Positions 50,781-64,000 of a stretch of DNA of 64,000 bases are shown one piece after another. Numbering within the stretch: the stretch's first letter is position 1; every line of letters starts with the position of its first letter. The stretch is taken from positions 715,432 to 779,431 of the forward strand of contig NW_026782326.1 of the NCBI RefSeq assembly GCF_031769215.1. The letters run 5' to 3'. The notes below the pieces were generated by a model. It did not search any database. It had not been told where the DNA came from and saw only the letters and a program-made list of their open reading frames with translations. Both the position numbers and the translations under genes were made by a program. The stretch comes from Ylistrum balloti. Its lineage: Eukaryota.

Positions 50781-51280
50781 TTATCTCTTGTGTGTACAAA
50801 GGAAGTATAGAAGTAAAACCTACCAGGTTCCAGATATTATCTCTTGTGTGTACAAAGGAAGTATAGAGGTAAAACCTACCAGGTTCCAGATATTATCTCT
50901 TGTGTGTACAAAGGAAGTATAGAAGTAAAACCTACCAGGTTCCAGATATTATCTCTTGTGTGTACAAAGGAAGTATAGAGGTAAAACCTACCAGGTTTCT
51001 GATATTATCTCTTGTGTGTACAAAGGAAGTATAGAGGTAAAACCTACCAGGTTCCTGATATTATCTCTTGTGTGTACAAAGGAAGTATAGAAGTAAAACC
51101 TACCAGGTTCCTGATATTATCTCTTGTGTGTACAAAGGAAGTATAGAGGTAAAACCTACCAGGTTTCTGATATTATCTCTTGTGTGTACAAAGGAAGTAT
51201 AGAGGTAAAACCTACCAGGTTCCTGATATTACCTCTTGTGTGTACAAAGGAAGTATAGAGGTAAAACCTACCAGGCTCCT
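50781..51280. repeat. Minisatellite, about 57-bp unit (aggaagtatagaggtaaaacctaccaggttcctgatattatctcttgtgtgtacaa), about 9 units
   Basis: Tandem array. Confidence 0.9.
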
Positions 51281-51329
51281 GAGCTAGACTAGATGAATTA
51301 ATGACCTTCATGAGAGATAGATAGAGGTA

Positions 51330-52160
51330 AAATCTACCTGGTTTCTGAGCTAGACTAGATGACATTACAGTCTCGGTGGGAGCTGGGTATATGGTATGGA
51401 GGTAAACCTGAGGTAGACTTGATGACATAACAGCCTCGGTGGGAGCTGGGTGTATGGTATAGAGATAAACCTGAGGTAGACTAGATGACATAACAGCCTC
51501 GGTGGGAGCTGGGTGTATGGTATAGAGATAAACCTGAGGTAGACTAGATGACATAACAGCCTCGGTGGGAGCTGGGTGTATGTTATAGAGATAAACCTGA
51601 GGTAGACTAGATGACATAACAGCCTCAGTGAGAGCTGGGTGTATGGTATAGAGATAAACCTGAGGTAGACTAGATGACATAACAGCCTTGGTGGGGGCTG
51701 GGTGTATGGTATAGTGATAAACCTGAGCTAGACTAGATGACATAACAGCCTTGGTGGGGGCTGGGTGTATGGTATAGAGATAAACCTGAGGTAGACTAGA
51801 TGACATAACAGTCTCGGTGGGGGCTGGGTGTATGGTATAGAGATAAACCTGAGGTAGACTAGATGACATAACAGCCTTGGTGGGGGCTGGGTGTATGGTA
51901 TAGAGATAAACCTGAGGTAGACTAGATGACATAACAGTCTCGGTGGGAGCTGGGTGTATGGTATAGAGATAAACCTGAGGTAGACTAGATGACATAACAG
52001 CCTCAGTGGGAGCTGGGTGTATGGTAAAGAGATAAACCTGAGGCAGACTAGATGACATAACAGCCTCGATGGGAGCTGGGTGTATGGTATGGAGGTAAAC
52101 CTACCTGGTTCCTGAGCTAGACTAGATGACATAACAGCCTCGGTAAGAGCTGGGTGTATA
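51330..52160. repeat. Minisatellite, about 60-bp unit (gataaacctgaggtagactagatgacataacagcctcggtgggagctgggtgtatggtatagag), about 14 units
   Basis: ORFs 51156-52058 (300 aa) and 51728-52240 (170 aa) are periodic translations of this repeat, not genes. Confidence 0.9.
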
Positions 52161-53159
52161 GATATGCCACCCTGGTCAATAGTTGCTGTACTATCACAAT
52201 ATCCAGAACTAGGATTGTTCACCTCCTGGAATAAAGACACAAAGAACTCCTGAAACTAAATGATCTAATTTAGAGCAGTCCATACAGCTATTCCTTCAGA
52301 GAAACTTTGATATGAAAATTTACAACAGGTTCAAACTTAGTAATTAGGCATAAGCAGGATCCACTTATTTAGCTTTTTCATCGGAGTTTGTAAACTCTCC
52401 AAATTTTTAGGTAAATGTCATTTGTTATTTGACTTCTGAAGTAAATAAATTTCCAAGTGAACAGTAAGCCCTTGGTATAAGAGTAGACGAAATTTCAGTA
52501 TGTGATGTCTTTCCATCACAACATATACCTTTTATATTTTATATTTAATATTTCGTTAATCGCCCTGCATACCTTTGGTATCCAAGCTCAAGTGAAGCGC
52601 CTCACTGAAGAAACCACTTACCTGATACTGACGTTATTTATTTATTTAATCTACAACATATACCTGTTATATCTATAGTCCAAACACACCTGTTTCTCCT
52701 GTACTTCATATATATCTCTGCTACTTGTATTCATTTGTAGCTATTGCTGCAATAGATATATACCTCTCAGCTAGAGAGATTTTATATGATAGGTTACACT
52801 AGTAAGCCAGAAATCACTGGTTTGATCTCTAATGGAATCAATAATGACCACTGTTACATAAGTGTCCATGTGGGGACTCCAGAACAATACAAAACATCAC
52901 TTTCACAAGCATCACTATAATACTTGGAAACATGAGGATGACTTCTTTTTTTCTAGAAGGGGAGTATTATAATAATTAGAAATATTAACTGCAATATATT
53001 GCTCAGCTAGAGAAATATTCTCTTCAACTCACTTTGTTAAGTGCGAGGCTGGTAAGCAAAGGGTTCTGGGTTTGATCCATTGCTTAGGCACTAAAATATG
53101 TAAACAGCCTCTGTTACACATACTTGTTTAACCTGCATGTCATATACATACCTGAGCTA

Positions 53160-53818
53160 CCTGTATCTGAAATGTTGTTTGTGGATTTCGAAAGTGGGTT
53201 TTGTAGTGTTTGATGGCCTCATCTCTCCTGTTGAACCCATTTCTACACCTATAGCAATGCCAGTGTGCTCCCTTAAACTTCTTTTCTCCTTTGATCACAC
53301 CAACAATGTCACAGTGATCACAACATCGCAGAATCTTAAGACCTATCAAAAAAATTCCCCCTTGTACTTTTGAACTTTCTGTCAATTAATTCAGTAGTTC
53401 ATGTTTACAAGTATTAATAATAATGATATAAGGCAATATGAGTAACATCTTTAATACCAAACAATTACATGGATACATAACGTTGGATATAAGAAAATAT
53501 TGAAGAAAAAAGTCATAAGTATCTGATTTGATTATTTTCTTGATTTACAAGGAAATCAACTTTCTTTCTGAATAATTTTGGCAACTTTTCATTATCAGTG
53601 TGATTTGAAATATATTTACCAGCGAAGTCTATGCCTTTGTCAACATGTTTAACTCTGTAATGGGCTTTTAGTATCACAGGATCTTGGTAAATGTCAGATT
53701 TGACACAAAATGGACAATGCATATGAGCACTTTTGTTAGAACACATCTGGTCATAGCAGGGAGCAGGGTTGTAGTTGTTCTCTGTTCCTTTGATTCGGAC
53801 ACTTGGATGAGTCTGCAA
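53160..53818 (-). CDS. Two candidate exons encoding C2H2-type zinc fingers (about 53818-53625 and about 53374-53160); possibly 5' exons of the coiled-coil gene or a separate gene
   Basis: The 53818-53625 exon (...HCPFCVKSDIYQDPVILKAHYRVKH...) has acceptor ttttgcag and donor gtaaat. The 53374-53160 exon (...CDHCDIVG...HWHCYRCRNGFNRRDEAIKHYKTHF...) has acceptor ttttgatag and donor gtatgtat. Confidence 0.35.
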
Positions 53819-56800
53819 AAAAAAAAATAAAGAAATTACTGATTAAATCAAATGAATTAAAATGTTTCAATTGAGTTTGATCACTAGTGCTTGAGTTATG
53901 AGGTCAGAAAAACCCCTTTTCTCCATACTTGTTATCTCATCGTGCCTACTGTATGGCTAAGAGCAATTTAGTTCTTACATGTACACTTTGTATTGGGACA
54001 GAAAGACAAATGTGGCTCTCCAGAGGCTCGACACTTTTGTCTTTATTAACCCTAGTCAAAATACAGTCAGTATTTTAAGACGCAGATCATGTATTCTCTA
54101 TATAACCTTCATAACAAACTGAATACACTGTGAGAGAACAGGTTCTTTACTTCTTACATTGGTATTACTGATACAGCAGGACCATCTTGTTTTATATCTG
54201 TCGTATGTTTTTGGTAGGGTGTAGCTTTTCTTCAGCGTATGCTTCCTGTTGGTTAGCTGCTACAAACCAATACCTGTTTGTTTACAAGGCCATGTCAAAC
54301 GTGTAGGGCGTTTGTTGGTTAGTTGTACCTTATGGGACAGGAAACGGAATTGAACACGGGAAATTCAGTTTATCGCTTACTTTGTTTACTATATACGATT
54401 TGGCCAATCGTAGAGTAGCACTCATTAAGGGGGTATAAAAGAGTGGGTTGCTGTGGGATTTAGTGTTTTGAAAGGGTTGGCTAACCGATTCACTTCTGTA
54501 GGTGAGGATACGACTGTAGTGGTGCTCTTAACAGTACACAGTGTTGTGATATCGGCTCACATAGTGTGCTATAGCAAGCATAGGATGTGCATTACCAGGG
54601 GATAGTCAGGGGCTAAGGGCTTAGACATCCATAGGAAACCTGTATACAATGCAGGGTTTTCCATAAGAGCCGGCTGTCTACACCAATCCAGTTCCGTAAT
54701 AATGTTCCATATACGACTACACGTACACGACAGGCCACCCCCCACCTCGCCGCGTTGCGGCTCGGGTCAGCTTGCTTCACCAGCCTCTACTATCACTACA
54801 CAGCCTACTACTAGCAAAATTATGGAAACCCTGCAATGGTTAGCTGTAGACCTATAGGGACCGAGGAGCATGTTGTCTGCTGGTACTAATGTTAGGTAGC
54901 ATAAGGTTACACACATTTACATTGGGATACTGTACTAGTTGAGTTACTCAGTGTTAGCTGTCAAAAGTCGGCACTAATGTTATGATCCCATAATGTTGGA
55001 CCTGTATATAATCATAATGTTATCTTATTAAATAGTTGTTTGTATATATTGGAATACCTTGTTGAGTTATTGGATATATCAGTGCTTAAGCTACATCCTA
55101 GTGGTTGAACCTAGAATTTAAGGGCTTGTAACCTTGAAGGAGAGATCCAGAGGGGACTGTTGTGACAGGCGGAGCCTATCGTACCGAGGACGAAAAGCTA
55201 TATGATCATGATTGGGAATTAATAGGAGTTCTGACTGGCTGCTGTCCTCTCTGGGCCTGCTGTGCGCACACACGGTATGTCTATGTCCGGTGCACGCCTG
55301 TTGGAGATGTACTGGGACGTGTGACAACCCCCCCTCCCAACCTTTTCAATACACTATCATTCTACAGTATAAATACTCCATAATGTAAATACCTACTTAT
55401 TTCAATTACCAGTAAAACATGGATGTAGAGAGATGATTATCATACTCTTACAAGAAAAACAGTTTAATGTTGAAGTGAATAACTGACCATTCATCCATGT
55501 TTTTGCAGATCTGGCAGGACGTGTAAAACGCTATGTATAATTCTTATAAAATGTCTGAAGTGATCATGTGTGAAACCGAGGCAAGTCATAACGGAATACT
55601 TTATTTCGAATGATAATCCCAACCTAGCTGGAAACAGTTTTCAATAAATAAACGAAAGAACGCTTGCAAAAAGAAAACAACTGTCGTGTGCTAGCATCAA
55701 TCTCCTTATATGCACTTTATAATGCGCCGACATTTTGGTACGAACACCGAGTTAACTTAAATGCGTTGTAAATACACTCACCACAAACGTATTCATCTTC
55801 ACAAGATGCAATGAGACATACAATTGCTTTATACAAAAGATTTTGACTGGTTTACACTGAAGTAAGTTGCATTTTGTTATTCCCTCGGTTCCTCCTTGTG
55901 TTCACGTCATTGAAATTTGCCTACATAAAAGCCTTACATGTACGTCACTTCCGTTCTTTACAGCGTTATAGAAAGGTTACGAGGTAGGACAGCAGAAGAC
56001 ACAGTGTCACTTTTACGTGTAAATATTTTTATTTTGGGAATATTGATTTTAAGCATGTCTAGTTTTAATCCAAACTAAGTGTACTTGATGTGTCTTAAAT
56101 TTGAGTTAAGGTGATTGGTAGCAAATACTATGATAGAGTTGTTCCCCTTGTTATGTTTGGTCTGATCACTGGCACGCGATTATTTCTGGTCTGAGAGAGT
56201 AGATGTGTACGTAATATAGTTAACAAAATATATTCCGCGTAGATAAGAAGCAAGTGCCTGTAGTCCGGTGTTGCACGAAATATTAAAGTTAGCATCAAAA
56301 ACCGATATGTACACGTAAGTATTAATTAGTTCAGTTACATGTACACCATTAACACGGATATATTTGATGTCCATGCGGTTATCCATGAACAGCACAAAGA
56401 AGTGAGATACATTTCTTTTAAAATGTTTAGGAACAGGGAAACATATTAATATTGTTGCATCAGAAGTATTTTTTTACAATGAATAAATTATGTGAGAGGA
56501 AAGCTCGTTATGTATATATGTGTAAAAGGAGGGAGGGGAGGGGGGGTCAACAGTTACCCGGTCCCGTCTCGTCCTGTATCACCGTCAACCCAGGTTCGAT
56601 GGGTACAGCTTGTATTTTGTTTTCGAAGGAGGACAAACACTGCTAATTTAAATGTAACAATTTATTTAACAGCAAACATTAATTAACAGGAATTATCAAC
56701 AACGGCATAGGTCTATACCGACACAGAGACCCCCATCTTACACCGAACACATAAACTTATCTATCTCTATACAAAATTACATTCCACCCAGATATAGCTT

Positions 56801-58610
56801 CCCACCCGATAAAATAATGAATTACGCTACCATCGCCCCGACCTACCTCAGAGGTTTTCACCCTGTGGAAGTTAATCCAACGCTCTGCACCCAAATTATT
56901 AGACATACTGCATCTTATACCCTAAAATGACAATACGAGACAGTTTGAACCAATCACAACACATCACCAGAGACAGAACACCCCTGACACGGACGAAAAT
57001 GCAAGGAAAACAAGACAGGAGAACTTGCATGTGATATACATAGACCTGCGACAAAACGGGTTACAGGTGACAGGACACAACAATGGAGAGGTCACGGGTA
57101 CACAGGGTACAAACACTACAGTAGACCTGACACCTGTATAAAGCTGACTAAAATTGAAGCATTGACAGCTTTATATCATATAAAATTACACAAGATATAA
57201 TGTCCCCCGCTACATATGTATATGGTCAATGAAGTCATGAAGACAGTACAGACAAGTGAATTGTCAAATTTTCGAGGCCATCTTCCCCTTCATCAGGACA
57301 AAAATATTACATAAATTACATCACATACTTAAAACATAACACAGATACAAAGTTATAAACAAAAATCGAGAACAGATTTATGAATTTAGGTGTAGTGATA
57401 ATCCCTTCAGCTGATGGATGCCGAAGGCCTTTTATAAGGACAAAAAACATCTTAAGTTGTGGTATGAAAGATGGTGATTTAGATATAAAAAAAAGTTTTA
57501 TATAAATCTTGAAAGTTTGTGCACTGGAGCCTTTTAGTGTATATGTGAAAAAAATTGTATGATTAAGATAAAGAAAATTTATTGTAAAAATCAATGTATG
57601 TATAAATGTATTTTTGATAAAAAAAACGGTTAAATGCACAAATTAGAAAAAACACAAAACAAAACAAAAATAAAAAATATCATGTAAATAAACCCAGATT
57701 CATCAATTCGCCCACAGAAAACTTGCCCCTGCAAGCCAGATTTTCTACTTGCAGAGTAGATTTAATGATCGGTGCCAATTTTAAATAGCAACAATATATT
57801 TTATATATCAGGAGATAACCCATGAATAATCCAGTTGTTGCTCGTTACATAAGGAAATAAGTTTCTGAAGAAGGTTATTCCAAGCTTAGAATCTTTGTAA
57901 ACGTGTATATGCTCTAGTGTTAATGAAATGGCAGGTCTTGGGTAACAGACAACAGAGATTGGGATTAAGTTATAGCTAGTACTTTGGTAAGTAAACTTTG
58001 TACAATATCCCTGTCTGGTCAGATTATCTGATTTAGTCACGATGTACTCAGATTAGCTGTTATATAGTGGCTATGGTCATTAACATAAAGTTATTATTAT
58101 ATTAACATTTATTGAATTACAATCTGCAAGTTTGCATTTGCAGTCTTGTTATATTTTTTACATGGGGTGTGAAATTATTTGCTGAAAGTATTTTGACTGT
58201 AGGTTTCTCCATTTGATTAATTTTTAAAAATACAGTAAAATGTGTTGTAGGCTAATTCTGCACCTAATAGTATAAGGTTACAGTTTTGAGATTTTAACTT
58301 AGAAAGTGTAACATTTTTATCATAAACCTTACCTAAAAGCTTATGGAAAATCTAAGAGCATTATACTGGAGACATTATAGACCATTGATAAAAAAAATCT
58401 CAGTTATTTAATTTTCTTGTCATTCAACCTACAGTAAATGTAGAGATCAGAAATGTCTCACAGTTACATCAACAGTCTGTGTTTGATTCTTGCTTTTAAA
58501 GCATGCATATCTGTATATACTGTTTTGTTTAAACTAAACTAGCAGAGATGCTTTCATGATAAAAATGCTTGTTTCAAATGTTGGTGCTATTGAATACGTC
58601 TGGAATATGA

Positions 58611-59147
<537 letters not shown>

Positions 59148-59785
59148 GTGGGAAGAAAACCACTATTAACTTTTTTTTTCTTCATAAGCAGATTTTTAAA
59201 AAATTTGGAAAACACCTTGGAGTAATAAACCATAAAAAATGCACAGCCTGCATTAAATTAATTACATTACTTTGTAGATTGTGATTGTCTGGAACTCAGG
59301 AAAACATTAGCAAAACCAAATGATGTGAACAAAAGGGGAGATAACTTGTCCTACTGAGGAAAAATCAACATCTGTAAGTGTATTGACTAATAAGAATTAG
59401 GAATTAAATTGTCTTTGTAGGTAATGTAGGTTTTGGAATACACCATTCATAACCACTGCTTAATGTATTTGGAAGTCTCAGTCTCACTTCGATTCATTCG
59501 AGTAAAGAAAAAATTGATCAAGATAAAGAATTGAGGTAATTGTGGTCATTATTTGTGAGTTCTCTTCACTCTCTCCTTTTCAGGTTTAATATGGTCACCA
59601 TGGTTCTGGATTTAAGTGATATATTAACTTCAGATTATCATGATGCAAGCTGAAGTACTGTTCTGCTAAGTGATGGATCGTTGATAAATCTCTAAGGACT
59701 ATTCCTTCTCACTGAGGGAAACTGTTTGTCAATCTCATGTAAACTTTGAAGTTTGGAGTCTTTGAAAAACTATTTGAAGTGAAAC

Positions 59786-60120
59786 ATGTCAACTATGAAA
59801 ACATTTCAAAGAAAACTTTTGAAAATATGGAGACACGGACATTTCCTAAATATGAATAGGTCAGCATTGTGTTTGACTTCAAGGCAAAATGTGACTATTG
59901 TCAACGCACTGGTCAGTTCTCATTGTGATTTAACGGTAAGAGGCTACTGTTCTGAAAACAAGAGACCTAAACTGGTAATCCTCGGGTCAGGATGGGGCAG
60001 TTATTCTGTCATAAAGTCCATTGACAAGAAGAAGTTTGATGTCATAGTGGTGAGTCCACGTAACCACTTCCTGTTCACACCACTCCTGGCAAGTACCACA
60101 GTCGGGACATTGGAGTTCAG
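59786..60120 (+). CDS. Type-II (alternative, rotenone-insensitive) NADH dehydrogenase NDH-2/NDI1-like, exon 1 (N-terminal presequence plus first Rossmann fold)
   Basis: ...[54 protein letters not shown] is near-identical in pattern to yeast Ndi1 [50 protein letters not shown]. The basic N-terminus ([20 protein letters not shown]...) is consistent with a mitochondrial presequence. Donor TTCAG|gtacaa. Confidence 0.8.
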
Positions 60121-60473
60121 GTACAAAATTTAACAAAAAAAATTTAAGAAAAGCACTCAAACTCTAATCTTTGAAAAGTGATGAAAATGTTAGTTGTCAA
60201 ACTTGATAAATTTACATTGTAAATTCAATGCATTGAATTACTTCATTATTTTTAGTGTAATATGTTTGGTCCATTCTAATTGATTTCTTTGCATTTCACT
60301 AGATAATCTTGTAAATCTTTACTTGATTGTTTCTGTTTTCAAAGTATAATGTTGATTGTTGGACAGATGTTTGTATCAGATGCTGATAATTTATTGTGAG
60401 GAATTTTTCTTTTTCTCAGCCTTTAAAATTAAGAAATATTAGTGTGAAAATATAATGAATGCTGCATTTTCAG

Positions 60474-60699
60474 ATCGATAATTGAACCGGTGAGAAATAC
60501 AGGATTCCGCCAGACAGACCACTTTCATTTGTCATATGCCCAGAGTTTAGATATGAAGAATAAACAGATAACATGTGAGAGTGTTCTAGATCCTAGCCTC
60601 AAATACACTCTGGATTATGACAAGCTTGTGATAGGTGTTGGAGCACTCAGCAACACATTCAACATACCAGGAGTCAAGGAAAATTCCTTCTTCCTCAAG
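60474..60699 (+). CDS. NDH-2-like exon 2 (-SIIEPVRNTGFRQTDHFHLSYAQSLDMKNKQITCESVLDPSLKYTLDYDKLVIGVGALSNTFNIPGVKENSFFLK)
   Basis: Acceptor ttttcag|A and donor AAG|gtacat. Matches Ndi1 SIIEPI...[20 protein letters not shown].... Confidence 0.8.
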
Positions 60700-61606
60700 G
60701 TACATTTAGTAGTTTCAATAAGTAAATCATACATGTATTTTCCGCAATTAATGTTCTACTTGTGCGTATGTAGTGTCATCCTCGATACTCTACGGGAAAT
60801 GATCACTTTCACTTCTGAAGGGATTGTTAGTGATTGTAATGCATGGAATTTCCAGAACAGTTTAGTGTATGTTTTAAAGATATATATGTAAGAGTTGTTT
60901 CCCTTGATAGTGTAATGTTCTATTACTACTGATCCTCAGATTTGTTTTGAGAATTAATGTAGTTCATTATAATTAACATGTTTTTAATTTTTTTCATTCA
61001 TGACTAGTTTGTTTATCATTAGTATGGTCAATTCACATTGGTAAACAAATGTAAACATCATACCTGGGGATATGTATATAACATTTAACATAGGTCTCTG
61101 GTCAGACTGACAAATGATCATTTCTAGACCTACAATTATAGTCTGTGATGATGAAAATTATTATTGTAAGACATTTTCTCAGCTGTTAATTTATCTGCGT
61201 CTGCATAAATTACACAGGTAATTAATTATGTTTTGTTTTAGTTGCAGGACATAATAAGACCTTCACACAATGTCTGTGGTTTCATGATAAATATACTGCT
61301 ATATAGCCAGATGTTAGGTTAGATAAATTAAACGATTGAATCTCTGTATCTATAATCAATTATTTTGTTTTCATGTACATACCTGTTTCGCAAATACATG
61401 TATCATATACACGTATGTCAAAAATCATAAGTGTGCAGGAGATTTATGTAGCTAAATGTCTGAAGGATATCTAGTGTAAATTTCCCAAACACATCAATTT
61501 ACACATTTGCAGTAACTACGATTAGTCTATGTTATATATTTTTGCTAAATTTTTGTTTAATAATTATTGATAATACCGATATCTAAACTTATTGTTATGA
61601 ATTTAG

Positions 61607-61777
61607 GAGGTAGCAGATGCCAGAAAGATACGGAACCGGATTCTGTCCAACTTTGAGTTGTCTTTACAACCTGGTATAAGCTATGAGGAGGCTAAGCGAC
61701 TCTTACACTTTGTCATAGTTGGAGGTGGGCCAACAGGGGTGGAATTTGGAGCAGAGTTGTATGACTTTGTGGAACAG
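61607..61777 (+). CDS. NDH-2-like exon 3 ([57 protein letters not shown]), second dinucleotide-binding motif
   Basis: Acceptor atttag|GAG and donor CAG|gtaaca. Matches Ndi1 ...[28 protein letters not shown]. Confidence 0.8.
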
Positions 61778-63186
61778 GTAACAAAGAACTGCTAGTTAAA
61801 CACTGGCAATAGATTTGCCCCATTAATATTTTATAACAAGATTAGTGTTTTAAGGCAGTTATTTGTCTATCTGGCCAGCATCCTCTTTTCCCTCTAAATG
61901 GCTTTTTCTCAGTAACCAAAAGATTGTCATGATATTAGGCGAGTAGCATGTTGGGCTACCAAGACTGCTAAAATGGATACCCCTGAACCACTTCTTTGAT
62001 TGCATGGATCAAATGTGTTAAAATATTTTGAACAGCTTCTTCTCAATAACCAAGATATCCTCGTTCATGATACTCATCTTTAAACTGCTTCTTCTTAATA
62101 ACTAAAAGGGCCAGTTTTATAATGCATGCTGGGATAGATCCTTAGAGAGTTAGCATTTGTGTTAAAATGAAAGACCTTGACCAACATTCAATATCACGGA
62201 CTGAGGTAAAATATTTTGCAAACATTGAACAACTTCTTCTCAATAACCAAAATACTAAGGGGCATGAATAAGCATGTTTAGATGAAGCCCTACCAAGTTT
62301 GTTCAAGTGAATGACCTTGACACACTTTCAGAGTCATTGGCATGAAATAGTTGAAATTTTTAAACAATATCTCCAGAACTAAAAGGCCCAGTGTAATGAC
62401 ATTTTGCTGATAATATGCTGGGGTGAAGGGCTTCCAAGTTATCAAAACAATTGTATCACTGTCCAGGTCAAAAGGGTCAAATGAATAAAAATCTTTAGAA
62501 TACTTCTTTCTAATTGTATTATAGCATGCTTGGAGAATGGGCATTCAAGCTGTCAGAAGTTTACTTCAAATGTGAGAATCTTGAACTTGTACAACTTATC
62601 AGTTCAAGATTCTCAAATCCCAGGCCTATTGGGTCTGTTGTTTTTGATATAACTAACAAGAATATAATTAATAAGAGCTGAAGGGTATTTCAAGCATATA
62701 AATCTTATGCTATACTTCTTACACACAGATTTGGTAGTCTTAATCATACTGACACTAGAAAGTGTTTTCCTGAATAGCAGTTTGATTCCTCTGTATTTTA
62801 AGAGTAACGTCCCTTGTATTTTCATAATCATCTATCTTAAAAGGACATTACAGTAAAAGCATTGCCAGTGAAAATAATGTCCAGCTTGACACTATTTGTT
62901 TGGGAAACCAAAATATGTTTTACCATGATGTTTTTTTAAGGTGATGTCTTTAACCTTGATAGGCAGTTTTCTTGAAGAACAGTCAAATTCAACTTTATTT
63001 GGAGGAGTTATTGCCCTTTGTTTCGCTAACATTTTGCACATGTCAGATCTCTTCCTCAGTATTTTACTGATCTCTTTTAAAATTGTATGTCATGATATGA
63101 AATTCTATTTTCCTGTACAGCTTTCAGATTTTACAGTTTTTGTGATAGTTATTGTCTTTTTTAATTCAGCATTTTAATTTTGGTAG

Positions 63187-63346
63187 GACGTGTCTAGACT
63201 GTACAAACAGAAGCAATATGAGGTCAGGGTCACACTCATTGAGTCCAACCAGATCCTTGGTGCCTTTGATGAACGTCTCAGGAAGTATGCTGAAAAGAAG
63301 ATCAAAGAGCGGAACAGGTTTACCCTGCTTCAGTCATCTGTCACTG
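63187..63346 (+). CDS. NDH-2-like exon 4 (DVSRLYKQKQYEVRVTLIESNQILGAFDERLRKYAEKKIKERNRFTLLQSSVT-)
   Basis: Acceptor ttggtag|GAC and donor CTG|gtaaaag. Colinear with Ndi1 DLRKF...[41 protein letters not shown]. Confidence 0.75.
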
Positions 63347-63600
63347 GTAAAAGTCACTAGATATTTTTTCTTTATCATCTGTCCGAGTTTTGAAATTCAT
63401 ATTTGAATAAAATATCATGATAGTTCAATGAAATTAATTGAGAAGAATAATGATATTGTATGTGAAATCAAAGGACATGTAATAGAATTATAAGTCCCTG
63501 GTGAATTGAAAAAGTCTAAGGAAGAGGAAATATCAAGATTGTATTGAAAATCACCAAAATATGACTGTATAACACGATGATAAAATTGTATGATTTACAG

Positions 63601-63731
63601 AAGTCAAGGCAGACAGAGTAATACTGAAGGACGGCAGTACACTTCCCTGTGGTCTAGTGGTCTGGAGTACTGGTGTGGCTCCAAGACAATTTGTACAGTC
63701 AATGGACGTCCCTAAAAATAAACAGGGACAG
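63601..63731 (+). CDS. NDH-2-like exon 5 (-EVKADRVILKDGSTLPCGLVVWSTGVAPRQFVQSMDVPKNKQGQ). The gene continues beyond the window.
   Basis: Acceptor atttacag|AAG and donor GACAG|gtaggt. The last 24 nt of the exon plus its donor form the first unit of the 63690-64000 minisatellite. Confidence 0.7.
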
Positions 63732-64000
63732 GTAGGTTACTAGACTGTATGTAGAGTCAATAGACGTCCCTAAAAATAAACAGGGACAGGAAGGTAACTA
63801 GACTGTATGTAGGGTCAACAGATGTCCCTAAAAATAAACAGGGACAGTAAGGTTACTATACTGTATGTAGGGTCAACAGATGTCCCTAAAAATAAACAGG
63901 GACAGGTAGGTTACTAGACTGTATATAGAGTCAGTGAACGTCCCTAAAAATAAACAGGGACAGGAAGGTAACTAGACTGTATGTAGGGTCAACAGATGTC
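63690..64000. repeat. Minisatellite, about 60-bp unit (gtccctaaaaataaacagggacag|gtaggttactagactgtatgtagggtcaacagat), at least 5 units, running off the window end
   Basis: The unit equals the 3' end of NDH-2 exon 5 plus the first 35 nt or so of the intron, including the GT donor. Confidence 0.85.

Noticed and set aside
53160-53818. Joining the C2H2 zinc-finger exons to the coiled-coil gene at 48.1-50.7 kb as one transcript
   Set aside because: The strand and order are compatible, but 2.5 kb of minisatellite lies between them and there is no phase or homology evidence linking them. They are kept as separate low-confidence features.

Overview
This window is eukaryotic nuclear DNA, most likely from an invertebrate animal. 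It is AT-rich, contains spliced genes with GT-AG introns, and is dense in transposable elements and minisatellites. There are no prokaryotic features and no CRISPR arrays or operons. Nearly all annotation here is by motif recognition without database searches, so boundaries are approximate.

Mobile elements:
- A Ty3/gypsy LTR retrotransposon at 3093-7661 with identical 161-bp LTRs, a 5-bp GTCAC target-site duplication, a primer-binding site and a polypurine tract. The order is gag, then protease, reverse transcriptase, RNase H and integrase, but pol is disabled by an internal deletion and a frameshift.
- A PIF/Harbinger-type DDE transposase at 10548-11357 with a possible upstream THAP exon.
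- Several non-LTR (LINE) fragments: reverse-transcriptase pieces and ORF1 proteins of the PHD-finger type.
- A Tc1/mariner element inserted into a hAT-family gene (ZMYM1-like, with DUF4371 and hATC-type domains).
- A YqaJ-like nuclease gene fragment at 12034-12459.

Segmental duplication: a roughly 6.3-kb unit is tandemly duplicated at 16580-22923 and 22924-29267. The unit holds the 3' part of the hAT-like gene, the Tc1 element, an unknown 237-aa ORF and a 37-bp minisatellite. The junction lies inside the minisatellite.

Host genes:
- An INO80E-like multi-exon gene on the plus strand, 36.6-41.2 kb.
- A coiled-coil protein gene on the minus strand, 48.1-50.7 kb, with possible upstream C2H2 exons near 53.2-53.8 kb.
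- A compact single-exon tRNA adenosine deaminase gene (ADAT2-like), 58626-59147.
- The 5' five exons of a type-II (alternative) NADH dehydrogenase gene (NDH-2/NDI1-like), 59786-63731, continuing past the window end.

Minisatellites: at least eight arrays of 36-65-bp units. Two of them are built from exon-intron junction sequence and carry reiterated splice sites.

Most interesting: between the two tandem copies, the unknown 237-aa ORF carries almost only nonsynonymous differences.
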